DNA of 52,443 nucleotides. Origin: Perkinsus chesapeaki ATCC PRA-425 (Eukaryota; Protista; Perkinsozoa). Both the position numbers and the translations under genes were made by a program. Every line of letters starts with the position of its first letter. Position 1 is the first letter of the stretch. Location of the stretch: positions 1 through 52,443 of the forward strand of contig JAAPAO010000209.1 of NCBI GenBank assembly GCA_013115145.1, in the 5' to 3' direction. Of the stretch, positions 36,101-45,216 are shown one piece after another. The notes below the pieces were generated by a model. The model was given only the letters and a program-made list of their open reading frames with translations. It was not told the DNA's origin and made no database searches.

Positions 36101-37586
36101 ACAACCATGTTGTGTGTCAGGACGCCAGGATTGCTGCTGGTTGCAACACGGTTAACTTCGGAGATCGTAAAGAAACCATCAGCGAGCTGAACAGTGATCG
36201 CCGGGAGATCGAGGTGAGCCATTGTTCTGGATTCTCTGTCAACGCAGAGTAATCTTCAGTTCGTCAACGCCAGCAGCGCAGCCCTACGCTGCGACGCTGC
36301 CACTTCTCTTCCGACTGATGCCGGAGCCCTCCCCATCAAATGCGATGGAGTCAGCGTTGAGATTCTGTGCTCCTCGCGCAGTGCCGTATCCTTCCTCGCT
36401 GCCGAGTGGGACGCTCCTGTCTCCCACCCGAGGCCCTCGCCACCTCCGGACGTGCCCCAAGTAGGACATTCCAGAAGGCTGAATTAGTTACCCAGCTTTG
36501 TCGCAGGATGAGCCGGAGCTACCGCCCGCTCCTCCCTCATCGGAGCGCCGTGAGAGCGATGTCAGAGCTCATCGTGATTCACCGTTGGTGTACCGCGGTT
36601 GGCCACCACCAACTCCTAAGCCCAGCAAACAGTTCGATGCTGTCACGCCTAGGGTGGGGAATCTTCGCGATCGGATTTCTGACGGTGTTGCTTCAGGCTG
36701 AGCATGAAAGGTGCCCTCAAGCATCTGTTCTGGGCGCTGGAATTGTCGAAGTGAAGAACATCGACAAGGGAGCGATTACAGTGAGTATCTTCACGCACGT
36801 CGCTAACGGCAAACTTCGAGCGGCACCGAAATCTGGAATCACTTTACAGTCATCGCTTATCACCGGGTGCTAACTCGGATTCTTATCAGGTCGAAGTTCC
36901 CGACACCTCCTACTTCCAAAGCGTTGGTCCCCAATTGGTTACCTACGAGTGCACAGGCCTCAACTTCCCACCTCGGAGATTGGCAGCTCGCTACACTGTC
37001 CGTCAGCTCTGCCGTGACCCAGCAGTGCCTACTGCTCCCAACTACAGTCTCAGAGTATCTCTTATCTGTGATGAGAAGGGAGATGTTGAGGAGGCTGCCG
37101 ACATGTGGGGCGTCCCTGCTCCCATCAATGACGTGAGTCTCGCCTGCATTCTCCCATCGAAAGACTTTTCATCGTAAACCGCTTTCCACAGTGTTGATAG
37201 AACTAGTGAAAGTGATTTGCTTTTCAGAACTCCACGAGCATCACTCTCCCCGCTGTAGACGCTCCGGAAGGGATGTTCGTCGAGGTCGTGGACCACAACA
37301 CTGGTCATAAGCAGTACAAGCAGCTTGTCGTTAACCCTACTGAGGCGGAGAAGTCCCAGTTGCAGCAGCTCAAGCTTAATTTAAGGGCCTTGAAGCAAGG
37401 AGACAAGAGCATCATTGGCGTGGATACCGAGAACGACAAAGTCGTCATCCATACCGGAGAGAACCAAGTCGCCCAGCACATACTAGACGCTCTAAAGCGT
37501 AAGTGCCAGTAACCTGTCCTCGAGCCTGTCAACCTTACCCTTCAGATGACGCCGGTTCACTGCATGTTAGAGCAGCAGCAGCATGA
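33192..37586 (+). CDS. Cluster gene E: predicted secreted acidic protein with three Cys/W modules and the shared C-terminal domain (start uncertain)
   Basis: Module ends VLCREKEFAESLIAGW, LKCFNKEAANTVARKW, LICDEKGDVEEAADMWG. C-terminal VVNPTEAEKSQL...IIGVDTENDKVVIHTGENQVAQHILDAL. Confidence 0.6.
34426..34498 (+). tRNA. trnM-CAT: tRNA-Met(CAT), elongator type, intronic
   Basis: Acceptor GCGGCTT/AGGCCGC, D-arm GCGCAGTAGGTAGCGC, anticodon arm TAGGT-CTCATAA-TCCTA, T-arm GCGAG-TTCGATC-CTCGC. 73 nt. Confidence 0.97.
34820..34931 (+). repeat. Coding tandem repeat, 48-bp unit DDESAADSNEETTADN x ~2.3
   Basis: Direct repeats visible at 34820, 34868 and 34916. Confidence 0.95.
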
Positions 37587-37741
37587 AAGCATTAGTTTAT
37601 GTACTTGTTGTGGTGTACAGCTGTCCCAGTTGTGTGTTGTTCTGTCTGGTCAAGTTGTCGCTGTAGCGGTACGCTGTTGTGTTTCGGCTGATTCTTTGAC
37701 ACCTGTTCCGTAGACCCTTCCATCCGGCCCCTTTACACATT

Positions 37742-39423
37742 ATGATAGCTAAGGCACTCTATTGCATATCTATACTGATGACAGCCATTTCCACAGTAAG
37801 GACAGCTGCGGCGCAGTTAGTATCTTACGAATCCGTTACGTTCCAAACCGCACAAAGCTCCCTTTCACGGACTAGATGATGAGAAAAAAACAGGGCAATC
37901 TTCTCCCCTGCTCTACAGTTTGAGCGACCTCTGACATGCCTTTTCGTTTCCAGGAAAGAAGCTCTGACGACGCCCATTCTGCTGGCGAGGCCACGAAGAG
38001 CTCTTTCTTGCAGAGCTTCCAGTTGCCCGATATAAATTTCGGCGCCCTCCCTGGATTTGATTCCGCTGTCCAGAGCGATGATGCTCAGCCTCACAGGCTT
38101 TCAAGCTCAACGCATGAAGATGTGAGCGTCTCGCTGTGCTGTAAATTCCTCAATTATAATATATCAGGGAGCAGACGAAGACCGATTCCCCGTTATCTCC
38201 GGAGCCGGCCAGGCAGTTGTTGACCATGCGGTGAGCGCACCCTACTGTGATGGTGCATGGAAGCGGCATGTTCTAGGTTCCTAGTCGACCTTATAATAGC
38301 GGTATCGATTACGACGCTCTGGCCGCTAGTGAGATGGACGATGATGATGCTGCCTTGCAGGAGTTGAGGGATAACCAGAAGGAGATCCAAATGGACAGCG
38401 CCGATGAGGATGAAGAAGAGGAGGACCAGGCCGCTGCCTCTCCTCCAGTGACTACAACAAGGAAGCCTGTGGCAACCACTAGTACGATGACGACAAGACA
38501 AACAACATCGACGACGACAACGACAACAACTGCCATCTCGGAGGTTAGGATAAGATATTTCAACATCTATTAGGAGGGGTTCGTTTAGGCTGAAACGACG
38601 ACAGAAGCGCCGGCTGTGGAGTTATCTGAAGAGGATGGCGAAATCACACCAGCTGCTCCTTCAGAGGTAAGAATCTAAAGTAGATCGAGTACTTTTATTT
38701 CTTCGATGTCAGCTCGAGACCGCACCGCCCTCCGCAGAGCAGGTTGGCAATGATAAGGTTACCATTAGGGTGAGGATGGACGTGACCAGACAGCGGGATC
38801 TTACTGTTAATTTTGCAGGAAGAGGAGCACGTCAAAATAACTGGTGAAGACGAGCATCCGGTTACCATTACGAAGGTCGATAGCAGCGCGTTAGGAAACA
38901 GAACTGCGAGCGATGAGCAGAAGAAGCTGGTCGATTTATCCGAGGAAGAGGGCACCGTCGCTCCTTATCAGCACAGTTCTAGAAACGTAAGAACAGTTGC
39001 GACGAAAAGTTAATATGGTTGTGATATCAGAAGACTTCGATTCGGCCTCGAGGAAAGCTATCGATTGCCTCTTCTGCGCCTACTCACCGACTTTCACGGC
39101 AGTCAAGCGAGCTCGCCGAAAAGGAGAGCGCCGTGGTGGTTGTCAAGGACCGCAGATCTGGCAGCGTCACGAACAAGCTGATGATAGTTAATCCTACTGC
39201 AGAGGAGAAAAAACATTTAAAGGAGATTGTTCTCCTCACCCACCCATTGAGCGTCACGACCAACGCTATCCACCTCAAAACGGTCGATGGCGACTCAGTG
39301 GAGATCCGGACCACACAGTCTGGACAATCAAAGCTTGTTCTTGCTGCCTTGATGAGTAAGCAGCTTTCCTCATCCCTCTCACTCGTATGCAATCGGTTGT
39401 TTTTAGGCACCGGTAAGAAGTAG
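37742..39423 (+). CDS. Cluster gene F: short paralog of gene E lacking the internal modules
   Basis: Signal MIAKALYCISILMTAISTVRTAAA. QLPDINFG...RLSSSTHED matches E's EIPNLNFG...RLSSGVEED. Thr tract present. C-terminal IVNPTAEEKKHL...DSVEIRT...VLAAL. Confidence 0.65.
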
Positions 39424-39548
39424 AGCTTTCTCCTTGTTACCTGTGTTGCTGCCATTTTGGCGCCATGTTCGGTGTTATGTGAACCATTTTACTTTGAGTT
39501 CGAGAGTAATTAACTCCAAAACACAAGTCCCACTCGACAAGACGTAAA

Positions 39549-39989
39549 TCAAGCATCTCGCTTTCTCTTCAGTTTCGTTGACCGTTTCGTCACCTCAGCC
39601 ATCATCGATTCCACGTACGGATTAAACCCGCCATAAGACCTACAGTCAACACTCACTAACAGCCAAGAAATGCCCTACCGCCTCCCATGCAGCACAACTT
39701 GCTTCAGCGGCTCGCCCGGCTGCCGCACTTGTACATCTGTCGGCTTGCAGTCCTTGAACCCAGGAACACTCCACTCGAGCCTCTTCCGTATCTATCAAAG
39801 CTTCCAAGTTTGCGCTCGTGGGCCCTCCTCACTTACCGCTCGTTGTTCTTGCTCCAGCTTCTGCTTTGCTGTGAGCTCGGCACCTCGGCTCATAAACCGA
39901 AGCTTACTAACAGCTGTTGACAGGCCAGCAGCATCATCGACCACCGCTGCTGCTGGTGGCTCCGGAGCCGAGGCTTTGGTTTCGGCCAT
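39549..39989 (-). CDS. MPP6: M-phase phosphoprotein 6 / nuclear exosome cofactor, 3 exons
   Basis: Spliced: LSTAVSKLRFMSRG...KQKLEQEQRAIRKRLEWSVP...GRRSYGGFNPYVESMM. Matches the LS..M.FM.RG and GR.SF.GFNP.VE motifs of MPP6. Confidence 0.75.
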
Positions 39990-40128
39990 AATGGGTTTTC
40001 TGATCGTTCTGATCCTTTCCCAATAGAGCAACTCAACAGTATACATCCAAGTGTTGTTGATACTAGTGTCCTATCGTTACTCAATCTCTTACTCTCTCAT
40101 CATAATAAGCTTCGTAAACTCCCAACAC

Positions 40129-40820
40129 TTACAGACGTCTGCTTCTCATCGAACCTGTACGAGATCTCCAAACGAAAAAAACTCTACGGCAAATCCTACC
40201 AAGTGGAGGAGGGCGTACGAAGGCCCAGTCAGCTGCAATCGGCGTATCCAAAATCATCTTGCCGTTCATCCCTACAATGAGATGCTGGTTATTAACTAAG
40301 CAAAGCTGCCCTACCCGAGATGGCAGTGGCAGCCTCCGACTTGCTCTCATACTCGATCAGACAGTAGCCCTTGACGAAACCTGACAAACGAGAGCTGCAG
40401 CAGGCATGCCAACTTTGCCAGCTGACCTGTTCGTCGATCAAGATTCAAATGTAGATTGCGAACATCTCCGAATTCTTGGGCGACCTGCCAGAGCCACTGT
40501 AAAGCGCACAGCAACGCAGATTACCTCCAGCACGTCATCCTCCTGAGTTTCCTCATGAAGACCAGTAAGGAAGATAACCCAGCCTTCGATGGCTAATAGC
40601 AAAGCATCAAACGTGTTCGAAAATCCCGCCCGTCTTACATCTGGCAGGAGCGCCTGGCTGAGCGGCAGCTGAGGACTCCGAGTCCGTGTCCATTGACGTG
40701 GCACCTTCAGCGCCAGAATCGAGGGAATCGAACACACCCGACTTCCCCGAATATCTGATAGAGCGTGCGAGCGTAAGAGCGGCGGCAATCATCGTACCTG
40801 TCCTCGCTCATGCTTGCCAT
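40129..40820 (-). CDS. RBM8A: RNA-binding protein 8A / Y14 (exon junction complex)
   Basis: Spliced: [57 protein letters not shown]...ADWAFV. Exact stop uncertain. Confidence 0.95.
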
Positions 40821-41000
40821 GGCTAAAACTTTGGTGGTAGGACGGCGGCGGCAAGCGGAGAGGAAACTTACAACAAGATTTATCTGGTAAGTCACTAGAA
40901 CACTGAACCGTGAGCATGAGAGAGCAACTAGAAACAAGTACGTAGTAGATGGTGGTGATTTACGTGTAATGGACAACGTTGGTAAGGAGAGCTCAAAACA

Positions 41001-44000
41001 TTATGCAGCCGCCTTCACTGCAGCCGCGCCTTTTGGCTTTCCGCCCTTCTTCTGAAAGGACACCATAAGACAGGGATCGGGTCGCGATAATTTCACACCT
41101 GGAACTTCCGCTTCTTGAACGACTTGCCTTTCTGAGTCTTGGCCTTGGGGGCCTACCACAAAATAGGCATTTAAGCAAGCTCTCTGTTTCACCTAAAGCC
41201 TACTTCCTCTACAGCAGCAGCCTCTTCCTTATCCTGTTGCTCCTCCAGAGCTTTGGCTGCCGCCCTGCAACAGATGCTCAACTGCCAACTGATTCTCCCA
41301 TACGACTCACTCTTGCTGTTGCCTCTCGAGCTTCCGTCTCTTCTTGGATATCTTAGGTTGAGCCTTCTTCTCCTCTGGTGGTGGCAGCTTGCCCTCCTCC
41401 TGGGGGAAGTCCTCGATCACCGACTCCATGAATTCGGAGGTCCTAAGAGAGCTGCATCGAGGAAGTGGATTTATGTACCGTCACCATTTATCTTCCCCCC
41501 AGGCGTGAGTCACAGAGTCTGTCGGTCTGCGGTCTTTACGGACACCTAAGAGAGCGGTCGGCGAATGGATGCGATCGGCGTGGCCTACGTTGAGGGATCT
41601 CATTGCTGAACTTCTGAAGCTTGCAGACAAAGAAGCCATCCATGTTATGGACCTATCACCAAAAATTGGTCCAGAGCATCTCGTCCGTAAATCTGGTCCG
41701 CAATCGACCCATCCCCCGCGGAAAGACCTTCCCAAAGGTGCTGAATACTACATGAGGGAAGAATCTCCTTGAATGTTTGAGACTGGGATGGAACTGCTTG
41801 CCTCGGAAGGAGGTGAAGCCCTCAGAGCCGAAGCTGACAACGTCGTCGAAGGGAACCACACGGACATTGCGAGCCTTTAGGATCTGACAGCGGCACTTGA
41901 CAGCACTCCCTGCGAGTGAGGCTTACAGCATCGATAACCATCTCATCCTCCTCCACTGCCATAGAGCAAGTACCTAAAAAATGTCTGTCGCCGGGATCGA
42001 ACTCGCGTGCCACTTACTGTAGACTATAACTCCGCCTTCACCGGTGGTCTTCGTGTCCGCATCCACCATGTCAATAGCCGTCAGAAGCATCTCGCGCTGT
42101 AGGGCGGCATGCTCGGTGAATTCCTTAACATCTGAAGAGGAGAAATAGCCCGACCGCGTGCACAACTCCAGCCTTACTCCTCTTAACCTTGATCTTAGGA
42201 TCACGAGCGATGATACCGGAACCGCTGCAGGGGGCATCCAGCAAGACCTAGAAATGTACAATACAGAAAATTCAAAACCCAAGTACAGATTAATAAATGT
42301 TGCGTTCAAGCCAAATGGTTTAACTTTGTGTTGCATATAAAAACATAGTTTCGTTATATATGAAAACCCGAAACCCGAAACCCAAACCCGAAACTAAGTC
42401 ATATCTCTAGCAAGGACTCAACTGAATATAACAGATGCATTCCTGTAGACTACATTGTTGCGCGAGATGAGTTTAATGTCTCGTACTAGTGCATGGTTTA
42501 GCATTCCTCGAAGAAGTCGGGTAAATATAAAGTGAGGCCAAGTCCTGGACAATTCTAGTGTAAAATACTTACCCTGTCCAACTTGGGCAAGATTCCCTTC
42601 AGCTTCCGCCCATCCATGGCGGTGACGACGACATTAGACAGCCCAAGACGATGGATGTTGGCAATTAGAGCCTTGCATCTGACAGCAACACTGGAGCTAC
42701 CAGCAGCAGCGATGCCGCCTACCTGTCCTCTCTGAGATCGTTGGCGAAGAGAACGCCTTGGTTCTGCATCATCTGTCCGATATACGTTGTCTTACCACCA
42801 GGGGCTGAGACAGAGGTCGTGGGTTCGATCCCGGCACTTTGTGACTTTACCTGCGCTCATATCCAGGATAGTTTCGCCTGGTTGAGCATTGAGAGCTTGA
42901 ACTGGTACGAAGGAGGAGGCAGACTGAGAGAGGCACACAGTGCTCTCGATACATCGGAAACTGCCCCACTGTCCAAAAATTCAAACTAAGGTGCGCTGCA
43001 AGCAATACAATGCGCCCTTGCCATCAATGGTTACGCATCGTTTCCAATAGGGCTCAAGCGGTTGCGGCTCTACAGCCATAGCGCACCACGACTGCCGCCG
43101 ACTCCACATAAGTAAAGAGTGCTTCCCGTAAAGGATTAAAGCTGACATAATTTTTATCTCGTAAGCCCTTTATAGTGATACTCACTATACGGGAGCATCA
43201 ATAGTTTTGGAAACACAGAGGAGGTCGTCCAAGCCACCGTTTAATTGCTGATGTGCAGGAGGTGATCAGATGAGGGACATGAGAGCCCTCCTAGCCCGGC
43301 CGGATTTTTGAGCCTCGAACCGACTGCCCAAGAATCTCGCTCTTCTCAACGACTCGCACTGTATTGGTTTTTGTTACATAATCAAGCGGAATATATAATA
43401 TCCGTCTCAGCACAGAGTTCGAAACCCTGCAGGCAAGAATCAATTCCGTTAGAAATTCAAAGTTCGTTTAACGCCTCCTCCTCCTTCTCCAGAACCAACC
43501 TGCAACATGTAGCGTCCAGAAAGATACTCAGGCGTGGCGCCGATAGGTACTTTGGACTCCTTCACAGTCAACCCAACCTGAAAGCACCCCTCCGGATGTC
43601 CCGAACTCCCAGATGCTCTACCTTAGTCCACTCGCCAGTAGGCTCGACTTGACAACCGCGTGCGATGAGCTGCTGCGCTAGAAGTCTTCGGCGAGTCTGG
43701 ATAAAACGTCGACCCTGGCTCTTCCGCTCCGTCTCACCTACCTTGATGGTATTGGCACGAATAGTCATCGGCCTCGGGCGATCATTAGCCTCGAACAGCT
43801 GTACGGCCTCGCCAGGGGCGAACATGTCCAAAATGTACCTGGACAGACTTGACCATCCAGCGGTTTCGAGCGAACCCTACGCAGCAAGCTCCTCGTTGTA
43901 GCCGTAGTAGTTGGAGCACAACCGGGCCTGAATGGTAACAGTTGGATGCGTTTTTCTCCTCTATGGGCCATACCAGCTCCTCCCGGAGTTCCTTGCTGGT

Positions 44001-44809
44001 AGATCCCTGTTGCTTAATAGCTTGCTTGCCCGCAGCCAGCAACCGAACGACTTCCTCGAGACCTGGGAAGTGTAGCCAGTCGAGGCGACCCGTAGAGTCC
44101 AGCGGCTCCGGAACCGCCCTATACTACGTTTCTTGAGAGAAGGTATATCGACGACGGCAGATGAAGACGCAGCAGCCTCTTCAGCTTCATCGAACTCTTC
44201 CATCTGAATGGAATGCTGCGGGCATAGACAAGCTGGTCAGCCTACCGCTGCGGCCTCGTTAAGTTCCTCTTCGTCGGCCTCATCGGGGAGCTCCTCATCG
44301 TCCACGTAAGCATCCTCATCCTCACTCCCGAACCCCTCCTCCACCTCCTCCTCCTCTTCACCTTCATCCTCTTCGTCCTCGTCACGGAGTCTCTTCTTGC
44401 CAGCGCGCACCAGTAGTCCTTCATCGAGATCTTCATCGTCATCACCTACCCCAGCTACTGCCCCACAATACCACAACACATTCTACCAAGAAGGTCCTCC
44501 TGATGGTCAGCCACTTCCTCCTCCTCCTCCTCATCCTCGTCAGCAAGTGAAGCCTCCTCTTCTTCATTCGTAGCATCCTCTTCCACTTCAGTGTGTTCCT
44601 CCTCAGGAGTTTCCTCCGACACCTGACGGACGTTCCCTCTGTGTCGCACTAGTAGCAGTCCTCACCTCAACAGGTTCCTCCTCAACAAGATGCTCCTCGA
44701 TCTGTGTTTGCTCCTCCTCTTCGTCCTCGACAGGCTTCTTCTGATGAGCTGCCTTCTCCTTGTGGAGGAAGGCCTGTTGTCGTCTAGCCTTTCTAGAACG
44801 TCTTGCCAT
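41001..44809 (-). CDS. NOP2: 25S rRNA m5C methyltransferase Nop2/NSUN1, multi-exon
   Basis: Acidic N-terminus; RPMTIRANTIKTRRR; PIGATPEYLSGRYMLQ|SASSFVPV...ILDMSAAPGGKTTYI; VLLDAPCSGSG; VYSTCS; RRFFPHVHNMDGFFVCKL. C-terminal end approximate. Confidence 0.95.
42364..42394. repeat. Telomere-like tract (AAACCCG)2 AAACCC AAACCCG AAAC in a NOP2 intron
   Basis: Read directly; opposite strand is TTTCGGG/TTTGGG. Confidence 0.6.
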
Positions 44810-45216
44810 TGAAATACAGTGGACGGGAGCTGGGATGCGGGTCTCAGGGGAAAATTCAACGCGATGATTGCCACACCTTCTGACGCATGCGGTAAACCAG
44901 CGAAAATGCGAAACGTGAGTCGCTTCGCTCCGCTGCGATATCAAATTTCACCGCGCCACGAAATTTACCGGCTTAGTCCAGTCGCAGTATCTTCACGTTT
45001 CCCGAGTGTTACAGGCAAGTCGTTCTAGGTGGCTTTCGAACTGCTTCTTGCTTGCCTCGCATACGTTTTAAATTCCGGTAATGAAATTTTCAATTCAAAG
45101 CCGCGCTGTCGAATAGCAGCCTAACTGGAGTCTGAAAGGCTAGCTCTTTGTGTGGTTGCGGAATCGGACTTGTATTTGATGCAGCCTTCTTGGTGGGACC
45201 TTTGCTGCTCTTAAGG

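Noticed and set aside
43045-43060. Spliced-leader remnant (GGCTCAAG)
   Set aside because: Only 8 nt match; the rest of the leader is absent.
43160-43320. U5 snRNA (loop-like GCCCTTTAT, Sm-like ATTTTTG) or T7-promoter-like sequence
   Set aside because: Mismatches to the invariant GCCUUUUAC loop, wrong spacing, and only partial chance similarity to T7.
43382-43500. NOP2 truncated or pseudogenised before its catalytic domain
   Set aside because: In-frame catalytic exons resume at 42923 after a long intron.
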